Of a stretch of DNA of 20,000 nucleotides, positions 10,001 to 17,719 are shown piece after piece. Each line of letters starts with the position of its first letter. The stretch's first letter is position 1. Location of the stretch: IMG/VR virus record IMGVR_UViG_3300009034_000863; one strand, written 5' to 3'. The notes under the pieces are model-generated. The model saw nothing but the letters and a program-made list of their open reading frames with translations, did no database searches and was not told the DNA's origin. The DNA is from an uncultured virus (IMG/VR IMGVR_UViG_3300009034_000863). Lineage: Duplodnaviria; Heunggongvirae; Uroviricota; Caudoviricetes. The translations under genes and the position numbers were made by a program.

Positions 10001-10749
10001 ATGTAATTGTAAATGTAATATCTGGAATGGTAGAGAAAGTGGATGATATTGGAGACGCTGTCAGTGGATTGATATCTGAGATTGGAGATGAAATAGTAGA
10101 CAATATAGACTTAATTACAGAATATGGAGGAAAAATAGTTACAGCAATAAAGGACGGAATAATAGCTGGAATAGATGTAGTGAAAGGAGCAGTTGGAGAA
10201 GTAATAGATCACATTATAGAAGGATGCCCAGGAGGAGGACTTAAAGATTTTCCATTACTAGGATATTCAGCTGGTAATCAAATGTCTAGGAGTATAGCTG
10301 AAGGTACAAAAGGAAGTATTGCACACATAAAAGATTCTGTTGGAGTGATAGGAGAAGTAATAGTTGATGGAGTAGAAGATATGTTGACTAACCTTGCTAG
10401 TATATTATGTTTCTCTCATATAATTCCAGAAGCAATAGAAGATGCCATGATACCTTCCTCTAGAGCAATGAACACACTTGGAAGTTCTTTAGAGAACAGA
10501 ATAAGTGATGTGTTTGCTACAACTCCAGAGTTAAGAGTAACTGGCAGATTTGAGGACCTAATAGCTAAATCAGGAACAGTTAATATCCCAGCTATGAGAG
10601 CAGTTCAGTCTCCTGCACAAACTAATTATAATCAATTCTACATAACTGTTCAGGCTAGAGAACTCTCTCCTAGAATGACAGATGCAGAGAAGAGGAATCT
10701 GGCAGAGGAGCTATCTAAGATGATAGCAGAAAGGACGAGGAGATCGTAA
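4087..10749 (+). CDS. Tape measure protein (2220 aa)
   Basis: Longest ORF, directly after the chaperone. Helical Ala/Gly/Ile-rich repeats, several hydrophobic segments, and a C-terminal 'TNYNQFYITVQ' strand plus helix typical of tape measure proteins. Confidence 0.9.
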   Translation: MGAAEPGRPVSNILIKCFIECRETTRRLKTLQKEQKKTMAAGKQLADGQKQIQNACSKTGNTLREVTEGLTELKDAYQFTPKIDVGATISKLEQLMKKEIELEKQFGKLQDSMMKKMKIGDVEGVKKLRSDITVLMGNMRELRETRKGMIEDLRREVPGIKVPLYVESKQAFQSIGELNRQRDEIKKRQEGVMKSWIKASKEGSTELAEGYRKQFETMNTELGGLQTTMESLVGPRISVDYMMTPPPQEVGRYMLQEINSIQERIKGIISEELPPQTVKIYPEVFEKLTPEKIVEGIPIVKVKQDVIQEVTRVLKEQLKIPEPAVQEIIRKVVEEPEELPRARAMVVEINKRLLMKNLKPLTEMQSTELEFAMMPTGMTELENSIRILKDARQSHIDNISAMVTGGKAATEAGKGRIEWEQRVADEYTKVLGLLARFPKIDIAKNIKAQARSLLEVLEQVKASIHALPSTPEVMKEGTKDLFIKCKVLCEEATQKVRELTTPKETQITYQAKVPVVRVEPLKVLVEYVTEKFPEIKIPELVQKIIREYEGDLPPETLKATVDYVLGKIPELPEAFQTIIFRRKELKEPQLKELTQFINLVHKEMPKVKPEDYIAEGLVEAPKVEKPEIPAAEVPITCKLICMKTTTKNLGKITKPKEVPIDLPHAGVKRSAGRINQSIGNIGAGMTGLTRSIGSSFEMMSDRAERFRATQLRWIGRDLMRIGFMITIYGRMFSETFQKAAKASVDLEGALMDVGDVLEDIADVIGTTIAPIIESLRGPLEMVQDFLETHEAIATVVGIVILLGTVFVTLASQLFSIIGTLTVLRFGLLQISGSALGAKTEVKGLGDMFKLLFEVLLGAAKVQQTIVQQLGLTQQETKAFSSGIDDSIVKMEAFLGSEQALNQAGYKLTDVLKQQEDAFKEIGKTSAEAGEKITSEYSTLHPVMSKLTESFEQTFKVWQEGKDAAAALLKNSEELRKKQDALKEATKRKDREGLKAEIEHLQGQVGLGVAYNQLQSEIVRTTKAGRDYQNKALKGIKASSEKVIKSTEKHKGTLSGLARQIRINAQGIVEAVKAYREEHNLIGRTEKAFQAAKGAGKKFVGLLKLIGRGALGVFGSFVLMKTIQPIFEGLEGPLDVIADVIGDVVDVVQPFLDAFADFIEFLGELGPVGKAAQIAIAALLIGLMLFPRQMIEAVAGLIKFIFHIGRAGTDSLTMAEQVKQSFTKVGQAAHGSITPLELFRWELQMIHDQGLKTAQSLQLVTSQMQRAITTGGHAQGLLKPTEELGQMFTGTAQAEMGLEGVTFAMENAITVGDQLGTVFGDMTENIPVQQLSQGAYGFTYMTQKVEDASVTFDNVSKNMASTVQVTSQMGKEFTGTGKEISSSQKGLKGAVKGLKGLAAGAFKGFAYLTLFGIALEALQPVLEPLAEAMRMMFEPLEPIFELIGDWVEENPELVQGLFLMVAGLWAANKIMGPFGGVLGVIGKGLGGLGTGADTASGGLSSFTKESAANLLAIAAIVAALSLLVNSFANIVKVFKESEISIDQFVEVLAAVSVAAGGLVAVIGLIGKAFGGSLDTALVLAGISAVVAALSLMINAFSSFVKSAGESGQEIGDIINLILALSVAMAILVGVIELMAGIMGKLGGTWKTALGVGAIAVVVGSLSLLVNSFGDFLRAVGESGMAAQDIINVINAMAVAMGALVTVIGIIAVIMGATGPIGLIAVGAIAAFAALIASLAFLVTALAEFIKGIVEMGKHWKKVKKMILEIGPTLIKGIENTVDEILRVIETKVPEWVRKFAEGLRKIADAITSNAPSIIDSFSRIFSSLADIVIKSVDSIISNFARVFTEILGVIGTKSDEIIQAFVSMAVGIAGSLEEGISEIVVGFSNMFSEVFSTLGTQIPLVVEKFSTMIGDITIAVGTGINDIIDTFGDMVIDIANRIGEKASLVINAIGDIIKGIISEFGKNAEDIVDLGGDVIVNVISGMVEKVDDIGDAVSGLISEIGDEIVDNIDLITEYGGKIVTAIKDGIIAGIDVVKGAVGEVIDHIIEGCPGGGLKDFPLLGYSAGNQMSRSIAEGTKGSIAHIKDSVGVIGEVIVDGVEDMLTNLASILCFSHIIPEAIEDAMIPSSRAMNTLGSSLENRISDVFATTPELRVTGRFEDLIAKSGTVNIPAMRAVQSPAQTNYNQFYITVQARELSPRMTDAEKRNLAEELSKMIAERTRRS

Positions 10750-10750
10750 T

Positions 10751-11209
10751 ATGGCATCAATAAAATTAAGAAGAATAAGTAATTCAGATGAAATAGAGTT
10801 AATACAGACAGTAGGAGACTACACATGTATTCTTACTAGATTAATTAAGAATGTAAAGCATACTTGGAGAAGAAGGAGAGGAAGTTTATCTACAAGACCT
10901 CTTAGAAGAGCCAAGGATAGGAATGAAGACTTGGTTGTTTATACTATGGAGGGAACATGCGATGAGACTACTGCTAAGAAGTTAGAAGAATGGAGTAAAG
11001 AGGCTGAAGAGTTCCGTCTGTACAGTCCAGCTGTAGCTGTTAACAATGATATATGTACTAATCACCAAAGTAGATGTCCTCCAACTGGAGGAGAATATGG
11101 TTACGACCTTGTCACTTTTAGTTCATGTGAAGTAGAACTATTGGCAGGTAAGAAAGAGGAATTTACTTGGACCTTCAGAATGTCTATGGAGGAAAGCAAG
11201 ACGTATTAG
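10751..11209 (+). CDS. Putative distal tail (Dit-like) protein
   Basis: 152-aa protein immediately after the tape measure gene with a tube-like beta pattern ('VYTMEGTC', 'FTWTFRMSMEE'). Mainly a positional call. Confidence 0.5.
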   Translation: MASIKLRRISNSDEIELIQTVGDYTCILTRLIKNVKHTWRRRRGSLSTRPLRRAKDRNEDLVVYTMEGTCDETTAKKLEEWSKEAEEFRLYSPAVAVNNDICTNHQSRCPPTGGEYGYDLVTFSSCEVELLAGKKEEFTWTFRMSMEESKTY

Positions 11210-11258
11210 GAGAGTATATATATGAAAGACAATAAATTAATAATGAGGGAGTATCTAA

Positions 11259-12824
11259 TTGGCTGAATTTGACGCTAAACCTCCACTGAGTATAATAAAC
11301 AAGACCCACTGGAACGCTTTGTTAGATCATGCTCTAGAAAGGGATACTTCTTTTAAAATGAGAAAAGATGGGTCAAGGTACACAGCTCTTTATGGGTATG
11401 GGACAAACCAGTCAGGAAAAATAGCATATGGGGGACCAAACGATACTGGTGGAGTAGATGGAACAGATTTCATAGCAGTTCTTCAGGCTGTTCACACTGC
11501 TATTTTAAACAGAGGAATGGGAGTGGTAAATTTTGCAGCTGGAACATATTATCCTTTAGAGAATGATACTTTATCTTGGCTTGCTTCTAACAGTTATTTA
11601 GTAGCAGAGGTTGGAACAATAATTGATATGTCATCGCTAGATTCTGTAAACAAATTAATTACTTTTGGTAATGTTCAAAATTGTGGAATGACAGGGTTTA
11701 AATGGTTGATGAATTCGACTCCAGTAACAGTAAATAAGGCAATTGGAATAGATGGGTGTACTAATGTTTCTATCATAAGAAATAGTTTCAAAAATCCTCA
11801 AATAGCAATAACAATTCAAGGAAGTAGTAGACCAGACAAGTTACTTACAATACGAGATAATTATTTCTATTCTGATTCTGAAGTTTCAGGATGTAAAGCA
11901 ATAGATGGTAATGTTGTAGCTGAAAATTCTATTTTAAATATTTCAAATAATGGATTTAAAAATATAGGATATCCAATAAGGTTACAAGGATTTGACTCTG
12001 GAATAATTGAAAATAACTGGTTTGATACAATTGGAAATAATTTTGGAAATTATATCATAGCAGTATTTGGTGGAAGTTATAAAATATCTGGTAACTTTTT
12101 CTTAAATGCAAAATATGGTGTAGATATTAGTACTGCGACAGAAAGATGTACAGCATCCTTTAATAGATTTGAGAATGTTGAATATTGTTTCTACACTGTA
12201 GATGTGGACAGATCTATATATATCGGAAATAAAGCCTATTACAAACATGCAGATATTTTACCAAGGATGTTCAGTTTACAGAGTTGTAATTATACTCAAA
12301 TAATAAATAATGAATGTATTTTTGAACACACATTTGGTTCACCAAGAGGAAAAGGTATTGCAAAACATAATCTAGCTCCGTTTTCAATGCAATATATGTT
12401 GGTTCAAGGAAATACATTTGAAGCTGATGTTGGTATAGAACTAGATACTGACGCATTAGGTGTAAGAGTAATTAACAATGATTTAAGTGCTTGTACAAAT
12501 GCTATAGACGACACATCTGTAGACACTATATACCGTTTTAATAGTGGACTAAATCCGTATGGTAAAATAACCAACCCATTTGATACTTCTAACGATCTTA
12601 TAAGTTTGAATGGATCAGCATCTTCTCCTTCAGCTGATACTTCTTATACAGCTAGAAATCTAGATATGATAATAACAAGTTCCCTAGAAACAGTAGTAGT
12701 TTATGACAATAACGATCTTGAAGTATTTAATGAAAATATGTCTCTATACGGATTTTATTTGCCTATAGGATTTAAAATTAAATGGGTAGATGTACCTTCA
12801 ACAATTCTAGTGTTTGGGACATAG
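11259..12824 (+). CDS. Right-handed beta-helix (pectin-lyase/NosD-like) tail spike or adhesin
   Basis: N-terminal 'DGTDFIAVLQA...GVVNFAAGTY' and repeated Asn-ladder motifs (IIRNSF, IRDNYF, ISNNGF, IENNWF, ISGNFF, VQGNTF, VINNDL). TTG start with RBS GAGGGAG. Confidence 0.75.
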   Translation: MAEFDAKPPLSIINKTHWNALLDHALERDTSFKMRKDGSRYTALYGYGTNQSGKIAYGGPNDTGGVDGTDFIAVLQAVHTAILNRGMGVVNFAAGTYYPLENDTLSWLASNSYLVAEVGTIIDMSSLDSVNKLITFGNVQNCGMTGFKWLMNSTPVTVNKAIGIDGCTNVSIIRNSFKNPQIAITIQGSSRPDKLLTIRDNYFYSDSEVSGCKAIDGNVVAENSILNISNNGFKNIGYPIRLQGFDSGIIENNWFDTIGNNFGNYIIAVFGGSYKISGNFFLNAKYGVDISTATERCTASFNRFENVEYCFYTVDVDRSIYIGNKAYYKHADILPRMFSLQSCNYTQIINNECIFEHTFGSPRGKGIAKHNLAPFSMQYMLVQGNTFEADVGIELDTDALGVRVINNDLSACTNAIDDTSVDTIYRFNSGLNPYGKITNPFDTSNDLISLNGSASSPSADTSYTARNLDMIITSSLETVVVYDNNDLEVFNENMSLYGFYLPIGFKIKWVDVPSTILVFGT

Positions 12825-12836
12825 GGAGTGTAATAG

Positions 12837-14561
12837 GTGACTGACTTTGATTCAAATGATTTTGAACCTATTGATTTTGAAGGGGAACAACAAGGGTTTT
12901 CTGATTTTCCTTCTTTAGTTAGAGTAATCTCTCTTACTCCAGACACCAGTACTCCAGAATGGAACATTAAATTATATAGAATAGTAAATGATGTGGAAAC
13001 TTCTATAAGTTTTGACACTGGTGGAGTAGAAGAATTAGAAACAGAACAGATTATGAATGAGGAAGTAGGTAATTTCAGAGTACGATTAACTAATGAAACA
13101 GGACAAGATGTAATGACAGCTGATGCTATCGAAATATATCTTAAACATGAAGATGATCCAGCTTTTACCAAAGTATTCACTGGTCAGGTAATCAAGGCTC
13201 CAGAAGAGGTAACAGATGAAGGAGATAAGTTTATGGATGTTACAGGTAACGATTGGGGAATACTTCTTAAAAGACATAAGTTTACCAGAACATTTTCTCA
13301 GACTACATTTGCAGATGTAATTAAGGACATAGTTGCTCCAATTACTAAAGCAGGTACTCCCACTCCAACAGAAAATAAGATATCAGTAAATAATGTAGGA
13401 GGTACAGAATTAATTGACTGGGAATTTAATAATGTCTACTACTGGGATGCAATTCAAGAACTATGTAAGAAATATGGTTACTGTTTCTATGTAGATGAAG
13501 ATAAAGACTTAAATGTATTCAAAGAAGGTTCCAGATATTCTCTTAAAGCCTTACAAGAAGAATGGTTAGAGAAATACAAGTATTACACTACAATTGAATA
13601 CATTATTAATTATCAGGAAGTCTGGGGCAGAAGGTCAACAACGTTCTTCCCTGAGACAAGAGATATCTGGACAGAGACTACTAGTAACTGGACAGCACTT
13701 GGATGGAACTATGCAAGTCAATCTAAACCAGTTACTTTAAGTTTAGGAACTCCTGGTCAAGCAGGGGTATATTATGTTAGAGCCTCTACTACTGATACTA
13801 TCCAAACTGCTTTAATACGATACAACATTCCTACTTCAGCAGATTGTTCCAATACATATTCATTCTTTAATATATGGAGGAAACAGACCCAGCCTTGGTT
13901 ATACAAGGTAAGGTTAGAAACAGATACTAGCAATTACTTTGAGACAGATCAATGGTTATATGATCCTAATTGGAATCTTAGAACATGGTCAACTAATACT
14001 TCTAGTGGATGGACATCAACAGGATCACCAGACTGGGGAGATATTAATTCAGTAGCCTTTAACTTAAAATATCCTGTTGCTTTATTTAATACTGCAAGAT
14101 TTAATTTGACTCGATTTGATACATTTGATGTTTTACTAAGTGAACAGTTTGATGATATGTACTTTGAAGGAACAAGAGTTATGGCTATTTCATATGATGT
14201 GAATTCTCAGAATACTTATGGATTAAGTGAGGGAGCAGATATAATAGATGAATCTTTAGTATATAACTCTCAGGCTCAGGCAGTAGCAGACTATATGGTT
14301 AGTAAATATAAGGATCCATTACCAGTAGTTGAAGGAGCAGAAGTGGAATATAATGATCTAACACTTAGACCAGGAGAATTAATAGATATCATAGTTCCAG
14401 AGATCACAGATGAATTCTTAATTATAAGAATAAGACATATTATATATCCAGAGAAGAACGTAGATCAGTTTATTCTATCTTACTTCGTACCAGGGGTAGA
14501 AGAAGAAATGAAATCCTTAAAAAGCAGAGTACACTCACTAGAATATCGTATAGAGGATTAG
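12837..14561 (+). CDS. Baseplate hub / Tal-like tail protein with an internal beta-sandwich domain
   Basis: Hub-like motifs 'KVFTGQV', 'DVTGNDWG..L', 'YWDAIQELCKKYGYCFYVDEDKDLNVF', 'SQNTYG', 'LRPGELIDI', and a terminal coiled coil. Confidence 0.75.
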   Translation: MTDFDSNDFEPIDFEGEQQGFSDFPSLVRVISLTPDTSTPEWNIKLYRIVNDVETSISFDTGGVEELETEQIMNEEVGNFRVRLTNETGQDVMTADAIEIYLKHEDDPAFTKVFTGQVIKAPEEVTDEGDKFMDVTGNDWGILLKRHKFTRTFSQTTFADVIKDIVAPITKAGTPTPTENKISVNNVGGTELIDWEFNNVYYWDAIQELCKKYGYCFYVDEDKDLNVFKEGSRYSLKALQEEWLEKYKYYTTIEYIINYQEVWGRRSTTFFPETRDIWTETTSNWTALGWNYASQSKPVTLSLGTPGQAGVYYVRASTTDTIQTALIRYNIPTSADCSNTYSFFNIWRKQTQPWLYKVRLETDTSNYFETDQWLYDPNWNLRTWSTNTSSGWTSTGSPDWGDINSVAFNLKYPVALFNTARFNLTRFDTFDVLLSEQFDDMYFEGTRVMAISYDVNSQNTYGLSEGADIIDESLVYNSQAQAVADYMVSKYKDPLPVVEGAEVEYNDLTLRPGELIDIIVPEITDEFLIIRIRHIIYPEKNVDQFILSYFVPGVEEEMKSLKSRVHSLEYRIED

Positions 14562-14572
14562 GAGGTGGAACA

Positions 14573-15244
14573 ATGGCAGGAATAAAACACAATCAAGACG
14601 TTGATTCTGATCACACTGTTTCAGAGGCATACTGGGAAGCGGACCATGTAGTTACAGGGGATGTACCATTTGGAGGACATCAGATAACTAACCCAGGAGA
14701 TGTAGACGGAGTAGATGTTGGTAGTCACCAACATACTGGAGTAGGAAGTCAAGGACCAAAAATAGATCATGGCGATTTAGATGGTAAAGGAGATGACGAT
14801 CATGCCCAATATTATAATAATGTTAGACACACTAAAGTATTACATGATGCTCTAGGAATTCCAGGATGGCATGGATCAACCAATACTATAAAAGTTGCTG
14901 CTCATGAATTTGTACCAACTTGGTCATATGATTCCGCTTATTTCGCTGCATCTCTTGTTCGCAATGTTGCTAATAAAACTAATCAATTGAATGCAACAGT
15001 TTATATTCCTTCAGGATATAAAGCTGTTTCGTATGTGATATATGCTGATGGCAATTATTCCGTTAGTTCTTGGGAATGTGACATTGATGATGATACTTCC
15101 ACTCCAAAAGGAGGAGGGAATGCTAATTCTACAATTAATATGACGGATGTTGCTTCTTCTTCAACAAATTATCTGGTATTAACTATATCTCTTACTTATC
15201 TTCAGGAAGTATGGGGAGCTAAAGTAAATATTCAATTGATTTAG
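14573..15244 (+). CDS. Short tail fibre / receptor-binding protein
   Basis: His/Asp/Gly-rich N-half ('HQHTG', 'DHGDLDGKGDDDHAQY') like fibre shaft motifs, then a beta-rich C-terminal domain. Last gene of the tail operon; RBS GGAGGTGG. Confidence 0.55.
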   Translation: MAGIKHNQDVDSDHTVSEAYWEADHVVTGDVPFGGHQITNPGDVDGVDVGSHQHTGVGSQGPKIDHGDLDGKGDDDHAQYYNNVRHTKVLHDALGIPGWHGSTNTIKVAAHEFVPTWSYDSAYFAASLVRNVANKTNQLNATVYIPSGYKAVSYVIYADGNYSVSSWECDIDDDTSTPKGGGNANSTINMTDVASSSTNYLVLTISLTYLQEVWGAKVNIQLI

Positions 15245-15245
15245 A

Positions 15246-15662
15246 TCACCTTAAAAATATAGAAACATCTTCACTAGTATAAAGTCTATAAACAAAATAC
15301 AATAGAAAAGGAATTGTAGCAATAAAGACGGTTTGATTTAACATTTCTAATATTCCATAGATAGATTGATAAAGAATTAAACTTTCTAGAATTATCTTGT
15401 CTTCAGGGTCATCTTCTATCAATCTAAATAAAAGGTAGAAAATAGCTACACCTAGACCTCCCATTAATTTTATTATAGTTAAAGAAAGAGGAATATCTGG
15501 AAGTCTTGTAATGACTGTATAATTTTTGTATATGTATCCTTCTCCGCCAAGAACAATTAAAGTTAAAAAGTGGGAATATTCATGTATAAAAATAGAAGCA
15601 GCTAACAATAATAGAAGACTTAGTAATAAATGTGATATTTTTATTCTAGGAATGAGGACCAC
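15246..15662 (-). CDS. Small multi-pass membrane protein with an HExxH motif (M50-like/zincin putative metalloprotease)
   Basis: 'IFIHEYSHFLTLIVLGG' at the end of a hydrophobic helix, downstream 'KLMGGL', about 3-4 hydrophobic segments; overlaps the terL 3' end. Confidence 0.6.
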   Translation of the reverse strand: MVLIPRIKISHLLLSLLLLLAASIFIHEYSHFLTLIVLGGEGYIYKNYTVITRLPDIPLSLTIIKLMGGLGVAIFYLLFRLIEDDPEDKIILESLILYQSIYGILEMLNQTVFIATIPFLLYFVYRLYTSEDVSIFLR

Positions 15663-16942
15663 CTTTTCTTCTTTCTTTTATTACCAGCTTTAAAGTACCA
15701 TGTTGAAGAAGGTATAGAAGCTTCCTGTACTCCTAACATTATACTGTCAACCCAATCGTCCTTCTCATGAGTATCAGCTGTGTAAACAGATAACTGCATT
15801 AAAGCTGTCTTATGCTTCTCTGGAATTTTAATTTGATCATGTTCTATCAAAGACTGCAATCCAAACTGCATCCTAGGTTTATTGCCTCTAAAAGATATTC
15901 CTTTGATCCTACATACTCTTAATTGCTGAAGATCTCTGATTAACCAAGGAATTGCTGCGTCAGCGTTTATTAACATCACATTATATTCTTTTACCAGAAA
16001 TGCTATTCTCTGCATAACAAAGTCTCTAGACTTTTCTGTCCATGCTTCAGCATAAACTAGGTACCATATCTCTCCTTCCTTTTGAAATATTGTGATAACA
16101 GTAGGGTTCTTAGAGCCAAAATCTACTCCCATATATGATGGAGTTTCTTTATCAAACTTACATTCTTTGACCATAACATTCTTCTGTAGTTTCTCAGCAT
16201 CAAATAATGATCCTCTAGGATTGAAAGAAGGTTCCCCTTTCCATTTAGCATTAAACTTGTCTGAAGATAACACTGCTTCTGCTTCCTTGATTTCTTGTAG
16301 AGATATCCAAGGACAGTCAAAGCTGGACCAGGACAATCTTTCCCAGTTAGGATACTTTTCTTTGTCACTCCACATCTCTATAAATCTTGAATAATAATAT
16401 TCTGTTTCAGGTGTAGCAACTAATAGGATCATTTTAAGTCCTATAATCCTAGAATAAGAATCATCTATGATTAAGTCTGGGATTAGAACTGCTTCGTCTC
16501 CTCCATATATGTCAGGATGTTCTCCTAGTACTTGTTTTTCAGATGCTGTAAAAGATTTGATCCAAGAACCATCTTTTAGATGAAGCTCTGTAACTTTAGG
16601 ATCTCCACTGATTAAATCTTTTATATATGGATGATCAATAAAATCACTAATAAATGAATGAAGCTTCTTTGCTTGAGTCCAGCTACCACTAACTAGTAGT
16701 ACCTTAATTGGTCTTCCAATTATCTGAGCATACACTGTTGTAAACCATAAAGCTATGACAGCTAGAAGCAAAGTCTTACCTGTCTTGTTAGCAGAACATA
16801 CCAGTACTCTTTTCTTTAGTGATTGCATAAACCCTAACAGTTTCTTCTGTTTATCAGATGGGGCAAAAGGAGTAATATCCTTCATAAACTGGCAGATATC
16901 TTGAAACCAGACTTTTACTTTTAATGACCAGTATAATGACAT
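15641..16942 (-). CDS. terL: Terminase large subunit
   Basis: Adenine-binding 'PSDKQ', Walker A 'SANKTGKT', Walker B '..DEA', coupling motif 'ATP', RNase H-like nuclease 'GVDFG..NPT', 'NAD' and 'DDWVDS'. Confidence 0.9.
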   Translation of the reverse strand: MSLYWSLKVKVWFQDICQFMKDITPFAPSDKQKKLLGFMQSLKKRVLVCSANKTGKTLLLAVIALWFTTVYAQIIGRPIKVLLVSGSWTQAKKLHSFISDFIDHPYIKDLISGDPKVTELHLKDGSWIKSFTASEKQVLGEHPDIYGGDEAVLIPDLIIDDSYSRIIGLKMILLVATPETEYYYSRFIEMWSDKEKYPNWERLSWSSFDCPWISLQEIKEAEAVLSSDKFNAKWKGEPSFNPRGSLFDAEKLQKNVMVKECKFDKETPSYMGVDFGSKNPTVITIFQKEGEIWYLVYAEAWTEKSRDFVMQRIAFLVKEYNVMLINADAAIPWLIRDLQQLRVCRIKGISFRGNKPRMQFGLQSLIEHDQIKIPEKHKTALMQLSVYTADTHEKDDWVDSIMLGVQEASIPSSTWYFKAGNKRKKKRWSSFLE

Positions 16943-17478
16943 TAGTATCCCCTATTCTTTAATCTCTCAGCGATAAGGTTCAAATATTCAGCTGGGATCC
17001 CTTCACATGCTTCTATGAAATCTTTGTACACATTTTCTTTTTTTACCTCAGTATCAGGGTAATATTCTTTCTTGATCTTTTCATATTCACTCATACATTT
17101 CACTATGTCCGTACTTAATCCTCTAAGCTCTCTAATCATAGAAGGCTTGAACATATTCTGTTTATTCTCAACAATTGATCCGAGTGCTATTTCTAATATA
17201 GACAATTTATCCTTTATTCTTTCTAAAGCACTTACGTCTTCATCTAATCTTTTCTTAAGATATTCAGAAGTGTACTTGTCTGCTTGCTTCATAGAATCTA
17301 AATATGGATACACATGATTCCTAAAATGTTTGCCTATAGCAGTGTCTGATATACGTTCATTCCTTTCCTTTAGCCATCTCTCTACTTGTTTATTGGTCCA
17401 TCCTTCTTCAAGAACTAGTTTATGTATTTCTGTCTTGTATTGACATCTACAAGTCTTACATCTAGCACTAAAGTACAT
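16942..17478 (-). CDS. Putative terminase small subunit (CxxC...HxxxH plus HTH, coiled coil)
   Basis: Translationally coupled to terL (TAATG overlap at 16940-16944). N-terminal CKTC, HTH-like 'GWTNKQVERWL...ISDTAIGKHFRNH', helical C-terminus. Confidence 0.65.
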   Translation of the reverse strand: MYFSARCKTCRCQYKTEIHKLVLEEGWTNKQVERWLKERNERISDTAIGKHFRNHVYPYLDSMKQADKYTSEYLKKRLDEDVSALERIKDKLSILEIALGSIVENKQNMFKPSMIRELRGLSTDIVKCMSEYEKIKKEYYPDTEVKKENVYKDFIEACEGIPAEYLNLIAERLKNRGY

Positions 17479-17520
17479 CCCTTTCCCTCATCAATACAGA
17501 TACGTCTAATATATATAAGG
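17479..17520 (-). promoter_or_regulatory. TATA-box promoter and RBS of the terminase operon
   Basis: The minus strand reads CCC-TTATATATATT (17518-17508), about 30 nt upstream of the ATG, with purine-rich GAGGGAAAGGG next to the start. Confidence 0.5.
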
Positions 17521-17668
17521 GATTAGGTTAAGAAGGTTTTAACGGTTAAATGGTTACGTTAGATACTTACCTTTTTTATATCATTGTATTGTCTTATACT
17601 CCTCCATACACAAACAACAGTCAAGGAGTAGTAAAGGTAATCCGTTATATGGAGTAATGTCGTCTATG

Positions 17669-17688
17669 GAAATTGCCTTTATATAGCT
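17669..17688 (+). promoter_or_regulatory. Putative early promoter, copy 1 (GAAATTGCC-TTTATATAG-CT)
   Basis: Purine BRE-like GAAA plus TATA box TTTATATA, about 35-40 nt upstream of the DDE ORF; near-identical copy at 19101. Confidence 0.6.
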
Positions 17689-17719
17689 TATTTGATGGAT
17701 GTTATGGTAAAGGTGTTTG

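Noticed and set aside
5007..10103. Several - strand ORFs (62-161 aa) inside the tape measure gene
   Set aside because: Antisense shadows of a biased-codon gene, with low-complexity Ile/Ser/Pro translations and no recognisable motifs.
14573..15244. Diversity-generating retroelement target in the fibre gene
   Set aside because: No reverse transcriptase and no template/variable repeat pair visible in the window.
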